Part shown: positions 30,237 through 38,720 of the stretch, piece after piece
Layout of the letters: each line of letters begins with the position of its first letter
Numbering within the stretch: position 1 is the stretch's first letter
Program-made: the position numbers and the translations under genes
Assembly (NCBI GenBank): GCA_964360965.1
Contig: CAYHYM010000001.1
Coordinates: 8,878-72,877 of the forward strand
Source of the DNA: an uncultured Gammaproteobacteria bacterium
Lineage (GTDB): Bacteria; Patescibacteriota; Microgenomatia; Daviesbacterales; UBA10151
Direction of reading: 5' to 3'
Length of the DNA stretch: 64,000 bases
The notes under the pieces: generated by a model
Database searches by the model: none
Told to the model about the DNA's origin: nothing
The model's input: only the letters and a program-made list of their open reading frames with translations

Positions 30237-30787
30237 GGCAGAATATTTATCTCCAACTGATTAACTTTTTCCAAAATATCTGCTCCAGTGCCTGTTTCAG
30301 TCACATTAGTGTCCCCGGTTTTACCTGGGGTAAAGTCCAATGAAACTTTGGTTAATCCTACAGCTTTGGCCACAAATGTTACTGCAGCAAACTGACCCTC
30401 CGGTATAACTCCGCCTTGCTGGGTGGTAATACCGGAGACAGATACTCTTCCCAAAGTCGCGTCAACCTTATTTTGCGGATAATCGGAAAAAATGGTCCCC
30501 AATACTGTTGGCTGGGCTGTTAATAGTTTTGGGTCATAGGTAATTATCAAGTCCACCCCATCAACTTTTTTGGCCGAGGCGACATTTATAGTAACCAAAA
30601 TTCTCTCCCTCACCCTAAGCTGACTTTTATCAGCGGAGAGGCTGATGGAGGTTTGACTTGTAACAGGTACGGCAACAGTTGATGGAGGAGTTGGTTTAAC
30701 CAAAGACCATCCGGCCCACAAAACTTCTGCCAAAATTACCATACCCAGCACTATAAAAATGTTTCTTTTCACCAGATATTTTTGCAT
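30233..30787 (-). CDS. secreted cohesin-like domain protein
   Basis: Signal/anchor. Cohesin-like ...VDGVDLIITYDPKLLTA...QFAAVTFVAKAVGLTKVSLDF (compare FRYDPNVLEI and VFAKIRATVKS in clostridial cohesins). Confidence 0.5.
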   Translation of the reverse strand: MQKYLVKRNIFIVLGMVILAEVLWAGWSLVKPTPPSTVAVPVTSQTSISLSADKSQLRVRERILVTINVASAKKVDGVDLIITYDPKLLTAQPTVLGTIFSDYPQNKVDATLGRVSVSGITTQQGGVIPEGQFAAVTFVAKAVGLTKVSLDFTPGKTGDTNVTETGTGADILEKVNQLEINILP

Positions 30788-30806
30788 ACCTTTAGATTAA
30801 ACTTTC

Positions 30807-31109
30807 TCAACTGCCGAAGTCAAGGGCGGGCAGTTGAATTAAAGTCGCACCGGGTGAGGGGGAAGGTGATGGACTAACTTGTGCTGACGGAGAAGAGGAG
30901 GGGGCTGTTTCCTTGGTAATTTTTAATTTTACATTAGAGTTGGTAGTTTCTGTGATGACCTGACCTGTATCATTCACAAATTCCACCTTGGGGATAAAGG
31001 CTGCCCGAGGCCTAAAAATTTGGGTCTGACGTACCAAATACAAAGTAGCCGGAATAGCCACCAAGATAATTACAAAGCCTATTAAAATTAATGTTTGTCT
31101 TTTAGTCAT
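30807..31109 (-). CDS. truncated 5' paralog (100 aa) of the 31143-32411 gene; leader plus Pro-Ser linker only
   Basis: First 67 aa nearly identical to the next gene. Contains a 76-nt tract 100% identical to 32215-32291. Confidence 0.4.
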   Translation of the reverse strand: MTKRQTLILIGFVIILVAIPATLYLVRQTQIFRPRAAFIPKVEFVNDTGQVITETTNSNVKLKITKETAPSSSPSAQVSPSPSPSPGATLIQLPALDFGS

Positions 31110-31142
31110 TAACTTACCCCCTTATAGATTAACCGACTCTTT

Positions 31143-32411
31143 CTACAGTGTCAACCTTTTACTTGTTCTCATCACATTATCAAAGTCTCCATGGATATCC
31201 CACCAATTTCTCAATTTTTTACCCTGATATGTTTTAGTGTTATTTTTTCCCGGCATGTTTTGCAGCATCCAAATTTGATAATTCAGTGCAGAGTTATTAT
31301 TTATCGGATCTATATCCTGACAACCCCAAATTTGACAACTAATATCTGTCAGCTGACCTAAAGTATCCGGATTCCAATCCAGACAATCAGATTTTTGGGG
31401 GGTTGGATTATTCCTGTCATATTCTGATCTGGCATTTGGTGGATTGTGCGCTGAACCGCACCTGCCATTCACCCCCAAAGTCTGCGGGAAATTTGGTCCC
31501 TGGAATTTATCTCTGTATAAACTTTTATCAACAGCATCAATTTCTGCCTCTATTTGATGTCCCCAAGACTCCAAAGCTTCTGCAGTAAACCTTTGATAAT
31601 TAAATGTGTACACACGATAAGTATTTGCACAAATTGGCATATCATTCTCTCCGCCGCTATTTGAGATATCCCCAAACGGCCCTGACATTTTTGATTCATA
31701 AATATCAAGATAGGGGTGACTGTCTGCTTTTGGCGAACCCTGATAACCCCAAAGCCATACCTCTTTTACCCCCTTACTGTCAACATAGTCGCAAATGTTG
31801 TGAGTTTGCATGATGCCCCGGTAGTCAGGGTAGGTTGGTTTATCCAACCGGGCTTTAATCGGTACTGCCTGCAGGTATTCTTTGGTATCAACGATTGTAT
31901 AACGGAGAACCGGTTTTGCATTCGGATCTTTATATCCCAAATATGTGCTGGCTTTCTCCAAAGATATTTTGAGCTGGCTGGTCACATCATCAGTTCTTTT
32001 TTTGATCAGTTCATATGAATCACCAATATCTCCTGTCACAGTAATATCAATACACTGCTGTTGGGGATTTAAGGAACAGGGAACAGAAGGAAAATATTTA
32101 ATCAGCAACACATTTATATTAAAACTTGTATCCAAGCCTGGTTGGAAAGTTGGAGAAGGGGATGGAGATGAAATTTGTGTGGGAGAAGGACTAGGAAAAG
32201 TTGTCACTGCTTCTTTGGTAATTTTTAATTTTACATTAGAGTTGGTAGTTTCTGTGATGACCTGACCTGTATCATTCACAAATTCCACCTTTGGAATAAA
32301 AGCTGCTCTGGGTTTAAAAATCTGAGTCTGCCTGACCAGATACATGGTGGCAGGAATGGAAATAAGAATAATGACGAAGCCTATGAGAATAAGTATTTGT
32401 TTTTTCGTCAC
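31143..32411 (-). CDS. secreted protein: conserved leader, Pro-Ser linker, C-terminal Cys-containing domain of unknown function
   Basis: Leader MTKKQILILIGFVIILISIPATMYLVRQTQIFKPRAA, linker SPSPTQISSPSPSPT, then a 300-aa domain with no assignable family. Confidence 0.5.
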   Translation of the reverse strand: MTKKQILILIGFVIILISIPATMYLVRQTQIFKPRAAFIPKVEFVNDTGQVITETTNSNVKLKITKEAVTTFPSPSPTQISSPSPSPTFQPGLDTSFNINVLLIKYFPSVPCSLNPQQQCIDITVTGDIGDSYELIKKRTDDVTSQLKISLEKASTYLGYKDPNAKPVLRYTIVDTKEYLQAVPIKARLDKPTYPDYRGIMQTHNICDYVDSKGVKEVWLWGYQGSPKADSHPYLDIYESKMSGPFGDISNSGGENDMPICANTYRVYTFNYQRFTAEALESWGHQIEAEIDAVDKSLYRDKFQGPNFPQTLGVNGRCGSAHNPPNARSEYDRNNPTPQKSDCLDWNPDTLGQLTDISCQIWGCQDIDPINNNSALNYQIWMLQNMPGKNNTKTYQGKKLRNWWDIHGDFDNVMRTSKRLTL

Positions 32412-32428
32412 TTTTCACTTTTCCCTTA

Positions 32429-34306
32429 TCACTTTAACAATATGCTGGCCGTTTGAGGAGGTATTGGTCCCCAAGCGCCACTTTCAAAAAACTGCACATA
32501 CGCTGACTTTAATCCTGGTCCACCTGTTAAAGTCAGATCCAAAGTGAAAACTGTTGCTGTACCCATATCACTTTGGGCTAAAACAGTGGCAAAATTAGGA
32601 TCAAAGGAAACCCTGAAAGGCAGCAGGCCTGAAGGCACAGCAGAGGCGGTGGCTGTGGGGGAGGCTGAAGAAGTTGCCACCGGCGAGGCAGATGCAGTTG
32701 CCACAGGTGATGCGGCAGGACCACCTACAGGGGGTTCTTTTGGTAGAGGGGGAGAGAACTGCTCATCAGATTGGTTGATATTCTGCCTCATACAGGCATA
32801 ATCAATGGAATTAATCCTGCCATCCCCATTAAAATCACCTGTTTTGACCACGTCTTTTACCAAACTCCACTGGCGGGTTAATTCTGCCCGATCAAAAGCA
32901 TTTATTTTTCCATCAGCCTTGATGGCTGGAGCAATATCACCAACCAGCAAAGTTACAGCCTCCAAATTCTTGGTACCGGTTTTGGTTTCAAATTCCACTT
33001 TTTTAGAGAGGGTATTGGGTGCTTTAATAACCAGGGCATACTTTTTATTTTTCTCCAGCTTTGGTGTAAAACCTGTCACTTTGCCATCTTTGTCCAGTTT
33101 GACTGTTTGTTCCAGAACCGGCTCCGGGTTTTCCGACTCGGCGCTGACCAGTACATTGGCAAAAATCTTCACTAACACATTATCCACTGCCAAATTCCCG
33201 CCAGCGCTCTTACATTGGGTTAGAGCGGCAAAGGTGACAGTGGTAGTGCCCACCGAACAGTCGGCTCTGGCAGTTTTGCTGTCATCACGGGTCAGCTCCA
33301 CATCATTTTTGCCTTCCAATTTTTTATCCAAAATAGCTGTCACCACCCCTGTTGATTCATTCCAACTCAAAACTTCCGCATCAGTTCCACCCACCTTAAC
33401 TTTGCCTTTACCTTTGGGGCCAATATTGGTACCGGTGATGGTGATGCTGGTACCGGATCCGGAAATGGCATGAGTACAGCTGGCCTCAGAAATAGCAGGA
33501 TTGGGGATAAAGTTGATCATCCGATCTCTTCTTGAAATAACACCAGTATTTGATATAAAGAGGGCATGAATAGTATTTCTGCCAGGTTTGGTTAAGGTAT
33601 GGGGTATCAGCTTGGGATGAGTATCATAAAGTTGAGCGCCTTTATCTGCGCAAGAGGTAGCAGTAATTGGCCCTTTATCAGATATAAAGAAACAGGCAGT
33701 AGAAACAGGTGGAGTTGGGGATGGTGATGGGCTAGGTGATGGACTGGGACTTGGTGAAGGTGAAGGAGACGGTGAAGGAGACGGAGCCTGGTTGACTGTC
33801 AGGGCAGAAGGGGAAACAGACAGGGTTTCCAATGATAAATCTGATTTAACATTTTTCAGCAAGGAGGTATTCAGTATATCAATGCCATACTGATTGGGGG
33901 ATTGGGATGTAAACACAAGTTCTACAAACGAGGTAGTAACTGCCGCAGGCAATGTAAAGCTGGCTGCGGTGTCCAATTCTCCAACCAGTTTAATCTGGCC
34001 GTTTAAATTGATCTGGGCCAGATTTTGGTCTCCATCGCCCTCCAATACATCAGATTTTTTGCCAACTTTGTAGGTAATGCTTTTCAGCTTAGCCTTAACT
34101 GGATCAAATTTAACATTAATTTGATACATCCTTATCTTTAAGGCGGCAGTTGAAGTAAGCTGAGCATTGACTGTGAAATCCTGCCCTGCCGGCGCTACCA
34201 AGGCAGGCGGATTAAATGAGGAAGAAACTGTCTGGCCAAATGCGGCCCTGGGCAAGCCTAGTGTAGCAAGTAACAATAAAATAATAACAGTAAATTTTCT
34301 TTTCAT
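32429..34306 (-). CDS. large secreted protein with cohesin-like modules, (SP)n linker, Ig-like region and dockerin-like repeat
   Basis: Signal peptide ending PRAAFGQ. (SP)x20 linker. Dockerin-like loop DFNGDGRINSIDYACM plus KADGKINAFDRAEL. Confidence 0.55.
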   Translation of the reverse strand: MKRKFTVIILLLLATLGLPRAAFGQTVSSSFNPPALVAPAGQDFTVNAQLTSTAALKIRMYQINVKFDPVKAKLKSITYKVGKKSDVLEGDGDQNLAQINLNGQIKLVGELDTAASFTLPAAVTTSFVELVFTSQSPNQYGIDILNTSLLKNVKSDLSLETLSVSPSALTVNQAPSPSPSPSPSPSPSPSPSPSPSPTPPVSTACFFISDKGPITATSCADKGAQLYDTHPKLIPHTLTKPGRNTIHALFISNTGVISRRDRMINFIPNPAISEASCTHAISGSGTSITITGTNIGPKGKGKVKVGGTDAEVLSWNESTGVVTAILDKKLEGKNDVELTRDDSKTARADCSVGTTTVTFAALTQCKSAGGNLAVDNVLVKIFANVLVSAESENPEPVLEQTVKLDKDGKVTGFTPKLEKNKKYALVIKAPNTLSKKVEFETKTGTKNLEAVTLLVGDIAPAIKADGKINAFDRAELTRQWSLVKDVVKTGDFNGDGRINSIDYACMRQNINQSDEQFSPPLPKEPPVGGPAASPVATASASPVATSSASPTATASAVPSGLLPFRVSFDPNFATVLAQSDMGTATVFTLDLTLTGGPGLKSAYVQFFESGAWGPIPPQTASILLK

Positions 34307-34311
34307 ACTTT

Positions 34312-35238
34312 TTAACGCTTCCAGATATTCAAATCATCAGCGTCTATTTGACCGTCACCGTCAAAATCAGGGTTAACAGAGACAGGTATTTTACCTAAGT
34401 TTACCGCAGTCAGCCAGTAAAGATAATCATTTTCATCTTTCACTCCGTTACCATCAGCATCACCTAGGGTTCTTGATGGTCTGTTGCACCAGCTATTTTT
34501 ATCCTGGGTAGAGGGCACAATGTTGTAGATAGTTGCCGGAAGAGAACATTGTATCGGACCGCTTCCAGGAGGTAGTCCGTAATCTACCCCTGTCAGTTTG
34601 GTAAACTGGCAAGGAGAGGAGCAGCTGTTATCGGCTTGACACCCACATCCTGTCACAGGCGGGAGCGGAGAAGGCGAAGGAGAAACAGCAGGCCCTGTCA
34701 CCATATATCTCCCTTCAATGTTTTCTGCAGTTATTAAAGTTGTTTCCGCTCCGGAGGCCACCAGTTCAAAGGCAGGGGCAAACCTGACAGTTGATACCCC
34801 TCCTGCCCTGGCCTTAAACTTGAGCGTTCCCAAAATCAGAACTCCTGAAGAGATGGGATCTTTCGACTTTCTTACAGCAGTAAAGCGGAACTGGCCCAAG
34901 GGATCATCCACAGTATTTCTTAAAGTGTCAAAACTTGAAAGAGCAGGGTCAAATGTGACAAGCTGTAAGATATTTGTGTTGTAGGCAAGCTGTATGTTTA
35001 CTCCGGTAATATCCTGGTTTCGTGCATTCATCTTCAGCTGCACCTCAAATTCTTCTCCCGTATTTTTGCTGGATTCAGCAGGAGAGAGAGACAGTGTTAC
35101 TGCGCCAGTAGGCACCGCAGCCCTACTTCTTAGGTCCTGAATCTGCCTGACCAGATATAAAGTTACTGGTATGGCCACAATCAGAATAGCCACTACCATA
35201 AACGGTATAATTTTTATCAATTTATCTCTATCTATCAT
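34312..35238 (-). CDS. cohesin-like + Pro-Ser linker + type I dockerin protein
   Basis: Leader ...VTLYLVRQIQDLRSRAA. Cohesin-like core. C-terminal dockerin pair DADGNGVKDENDYLYWL and DFDGDGQIDADDLNIWK, with Ca-loop D/N at positions 1, 3, 5, 9, 12. Confidence 0.6.
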   Translation of the reverse strand: MIDRDKLIKIIPFMVVAILIVAIPVTLYLVRQIQDLRSRAAVPTGAVTLSLSPAESSKNTGEEFEVQLKMNARNQDITGVNIQLAYNTNILQLVTFDPALSSFDTLRNTVDDPLGQFRFTAVRKSKDPISSGVLILGTLKFKARAGGVSTVRFAPAFELVASGAETTLITAENIEGRYMVTGPAVSPSPSPLPPVTGCGCQADNSCSSPCQFTKLTGVDYGLPPGSGPIQCSLPATIYNIVPSTQDKNSWCNRPSRTLGDADGNGVKDENDYLYWLTAVNLGKIPVSVNPDFDGDGQIDADDLNIWKR

Positions 35239-36809
35239 AGGTAACCATTTTTCCAGATACTGAAATCCACGGTATTGATTGAGTCGTCGCAGTTGAAGTC
35301 TGCCTTTTTACTCTTGGTTAAGGAATGTAACTCCCTGAACCAGATGTTAAAGTCTGAAAGATCCACATCACCATCTTTGTCAGCATCACCCTGGGAGGGG
35401 ACACAAACCGCTGGTGTTGGGGAAGGGGAAGGAGAGGGAGAAGGGGAGGGGGAAACTGTAGGTTGAGGAGCTACACAAAAACCTCTATTTGGTTGATTGG
35501 CTTCACAAACAGGTTTTTGGGGGTCAACACAAAAAGAAGCATCTGTTTGACATTGACTGCCATGACATATCAGACAATCCCTAGCCTTGGAGGCTGAGAC
35601 GCATTGGGCATCAATACATTTATCTTTAAATTCCCTAAAATCAATTGACACCTTTCTTCTACATCTGTCATCCTCATCATCTTTGGTGGCTGCAAAATTA
35701 TCACAATTAGGATCTTCTGTCTGTGTTTTGGGGTTATTTCTACAAACTCCACACTGGCCAAAGTTATAGGTATTTAGGATGGGGGTAGTGGTAGTTACAC
35801 AGGCAAAACAAGATTGGCCTGAAACAGCACAAGTCAGCTGGCTGGCTGGAACCCCTTGATAAGCCGGGGTATCAGAAGATGAAAGGCAACCAATAGTACC
35901 GGCTGGTTGGCACTGATATGTCCTTTCAGCTCCAAAAAGATTGCCTGCGGATACTCCCACAGGACAAGTGGGAACACCTAGGGCCCCACCGGGTAGGGTG
36001 GTAAAAACAATCAGACTAAGGTTACACTGCCCACCAAATTCCTGACTTTTATCATTAAACATTCTCCACCTGAAGGGATATGTCCCAGCAGTTGTGGGCC
36101 CAATTGTGACATTAAAGTCCTTTTGATTGCCTGGTTCAATTGTGCTACCTACACTAATATTGGTTTTATCTGGCTTGAATGCCAACTCAGCACCTGAACC
36201 ACCAGTGAATCTTAAGGAATAATTTGATTGCCAGTTGTTAGTAACACCCCCAGTAGGGTCTTGAGTATTTCTTAAAATCATGGTGATGTTATAAGATTTG
36301 TTAATCACAACAATACCAGGGTGTTTATCATAAGGTTGGCCATCAATGGTGACGTCTGTACAGTCTGCCCTGTCTGCACCACCCACACCTACATTGCCAG
36401 ATGAAGGTGAAGGTGGAGGTGGTGGTGGTGAGGCTGCAGCGGGACACTGCTTTGGTTCTGTACAACTGGAAGCATCACACTGCGGTTGATCACCTGGATC
36501 ATTAGGATCGGCCACACCGTCACTATTGATGTCCAGGGTGTTATCCGTATAAGTGGCAAAAGCCGTTAGATAACAACCGTTGGCATCTACAGATCCACAA
36601 CTACCAACCGGCTGACCAACTTGTGGCTGGTTTGGCCTATTACACGGGAAAAGACCATCTGGGGCAGGACTCATAATCTCTGCTGCCTTTGATTTAAGTT
36701 GAGTTTGTTGTTGGACCAGTCTTACTCCCACCAGAAGCCCCACAGCCAAAACCCCCAAAATCAACAGGGCAATGATATTTCTTTTAGATAATAATTTTGT
36801 TGCTTCCAT
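35235..36809 (-). CDS. Cys-rich secreted protein with Pro-Ser linker and C-terminal dockerin
   Basis: Leader ...VRLVQQQTQLKSKAA. PPPPPPSPSS and PSPSPSPSPSPTP linkers. Dockerin pair DADKDGDVDLSDFNIWF and DFNCDDSINTVDFSIWK. Confidence 0.55.
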   Translation of the reverse strand: MEATKLLSKRNIIALLILGVLAVGLLVGVRLVQQQTQLKSKAAEIMSPAPDGLFPCNRPNQPQVGQPVGSCGSVDANGCYLTAFATYTDNTLDINSDGVADPNDPGDQPQCDASSCTEPKQCPAAASPPPPPPSPSSGNVGVGGADRADCTDVTIDGQPYDKHPGIVVINKSYNITMILRNTQDPTGGVTNNWQSNYSLRFTGGSGAELAFKPDKTNISVGSTIEPGNQKDFNVTIGPTTAGTYPFRWRMFNDKSQEFGGQCNLSLIVFTTLPGGALGVPTCPVGVSAGNLFGAERTYQCQPAGTIGCLSSSDTPAYQGVPASQLTCAVSGQSCFACVTTTTPILNTYNFGQCGVCRNNPKTQTEDPNCDNFAATKDDEDDRCRRKVSIDFREFKDKCIDAQCVSASKARDCLICHGSQCQTDASFCVDPQKPVCEANQPNRGFCVAPQPTVSPSPSPSPSPSPTPAVCVPSQGDADKDGDVDLSDFNIWFRELHSLTKSKKADFNCDDSINTVDFSIWKNGYL

Positions 36810-36812
36810 ATT

Positions 36813-37211
36813 TTATATTCCAGGTGATGGTGATGGACTAGGTGATGGACTGGGACTTGGTGAAGGTGAAGGGCTTGGACTGGGGCTGGGAGACAGTGAT
36901 GGAGAGGGGGATGGGGATGGTGGGAGTGGCAAATTAATTCCTTCCTCAGATTTTAAGAAAGGTGAATCCAACACCACATTTATTTCAGAATCTGTAGATG
37001 TACATTCACCAACAGCCGGACAATTAACACCTGATTTTCCTTCTATTGCTCTAAAGGAGATCGGATCACCACCGGCTGCTTTGGATTTTAATTGCTGTTG
37101 GGTTTGGACCAGTTTAATCCCCAAAGGAATGGCCACAATCATAATGGCCAAAATCAAAAATGAAATGATGTTCTTCCTGGAAAAAAGACTGTTGTCTGAA
37201 GAATAATCCAT
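36813..37211 (-). CDS. short leader + (PS)n-only protein (possible truncated paralog)
   Basis: Leader ...GIKLVQTQQQLKSKAA, then (SP)x18 to the stop. The plus-strand ORF 36772-37206 is its antisense image. Confidence 0.4.
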   Translation of the reverse strand: MDYSSDNSLFSRKNIISFLILAIMIVAIPLGIKLVQTQQQLKSKAAGGDPISFRAIEGKSGVNCPAVGECTSTDSEINVVLDSPFLKSEEGINLPLPPSPSPSPSLSPSPSPSPSPSPSPSPSPSPSPSPGI

Positions 37212-37244
37212 TACCCTTACTCTAAAGCAAAAGATTGAAGTTTG

Positions 37245-38720
37245 TCAATCTGTTTTTAACTTGGTCAAATCTACAATCACAAAATCATGGGTCTGATGGA
37301 TAATCTTATATTTTTCCATGACTTGCTTTGTCTGATCATCAAGAGCCACAGACACATAATGGGTGGCCCCCAGCTTAATCAGCTCGGTCACACTCAGGTA
37401 AACAGAAGACCAGCCAGGTCGATCCAGCTGGTATAAAAAAGCGGTATTTCTCTCAAATGGAGCAATCACCCTGGCTTCTTTGGGTAAAATTTCTCTGGCC
37501 ACATCTCCAGCTTTCATAATCTCACCATGATTAATCTGATAAAAACCCCTCACCTGATACCAGCCAAAAGCAAAGGTTAGAGCAATCAAAGCTAAGGTAG
37601 CAGGAATGGTGATCCAGGCAGTCAACCATCTGCCGGAGGCAAAAATTAGAAAATCTACTGAGCGGGCCATAAACACAGCCAAAATCGGCACCAGGGGAAT
37701 CTGATAATAATCATGTTCCACATTGCCGCGAGCCAAAATCAGCACATATAAACTTAAACCCAGCAGCCACCAGTGGAAAAACCAGGTTTGACCTTGTTTC
37801 GGCTTCAAAAATACTCCCAGGGTAGCCAGGAAAAAACCAGCCACAGTTAAAATTTCCCTGCCCAGTCTTTCTGCAATAATCCAATGTAAGAAAGCTCCTT
37901 TGTAGCGGATGTTGTCACCATTAAAAAGCCAGGCGGCAGAAGGGATGCCTTCAGGATATTGCAGCATCCATAAACGCCATGATAACAGAGGTACAGTGGT
38001 CAAAGCAACCAGCAGATACAGCTTAAGGTTAGTCAGGGCCCGCAATCCCCGGTAATGGAAAGATAAATATGCCATCGGCATCAATAGATAAAGCGTGTAT
38101 GGTTTGGTGAGAATGGCCACATTCAAAAACAACACAGTCAAAACAAAAAAAAACCAGGTTTCTTTTTCCAAAAACCTGATAAAAAAATAAAGGGCTGACA
38201 AAGAGGCAAAGATCATCATCGGCTCCGGCATAAACACTCTGGAGAAATAAATATTATACGGTAAAAAGGCCAAAAAGAGAGCTGAGATAAGAGCAACCCT
38301 GATCCCTAAAAATTTTTTGACCAGAAGATAAAGGAGAATAATTGACAAAAGTGAGAAAACAACTGACATTTGCCGGCCATAGATTACCTCCACCTGTCCC
38401 ATGATCAGATATACCACTGCCACCAGACCGCTATAGATGGGAAATTCCACAAAGCGGAAACGCTGCGGGTTGGGACGGGAATCGTGGGTAACAGGAGCCA
38501 TGTCATCATATTTAGGATGCAAAAAATCAAAGCCTTCTTTGATAAAATTTCTGGACACAGCTGCCGTGTCAACCTGCCTCCAGGAATGCCAGTCACCCAG
38601 GGGAATGTTGATCCGGTACTGGCGGATCCAAAAGGCCCCAATTAAAATGATTATCAAAAAGAGCAGGGGACTGGAAAAAACCTTTTTAAGTACCATAAAG
38701 CCATTATAGCAGCAAGACAA
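37245..38720 (-). CDS. GT-C fold glycosyltransferase (PMT_2 / ArnT-like, family 39/83-type), polytopic
   Basis: About 12 TM helices. First extracytoplasmic loop carries acidic YDD...PQRFRFVEFPIYSG. Topology and size typical of protein O-mannosyl/ArnT-like transferases. Confidence 0.55.
   Translation of the reverse strand: MSCCYNGFMVLKKVFSSPLLFLIIILIGAFWIRQYRINIPLGDWHSWRQVDTAAVSRNFIKEGFDFLHPKYDDMAPVTHDSRPNPQRFRFVEFPIYSGLVAVVYLIMGQVEVIYGRQMSVVFSLLSIILLYLLVKKFLGIRVALISALFLAFLPYNIYFSRVFMPEPMMIFASLSALYFFIRFLEKETWFFFVLTVLFLNVAILTKPYTLYLLMPMAYLSFHYRGLRALTNLKLYLLVALTTVPLLSWRLWMLQYPEGIPSAAWLFNGDNIRYKGAFLHWIIAERLGREILTVAGFFLATLGVFLKPKQGQTWFFHWWLLGLSLYVLILARGNVEHDYYQIPLVPILAVFMARSVDFLIFASGRWLTAWITIPATLALIALTFAFGWYQVRGFYQINHGEIMKAGDVAREILPKEARVIAPFERNTAFLYQLDRPGWSSVYLSVTELIKLGATHYVSVALDDQTKQVMEKYKIIHQTHDFVIVDLTKLKTD

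Noticed and set aside
36772-37206. Plus-strand ORF translating to GDGDGLG repeats
   Set aside because: It is the antisense image of the (SP)n linker of the minus-strand gene 36813-37211, which has the family leader. Same logic applies to 32544-32801, 32805-33473 and 35275-35466.
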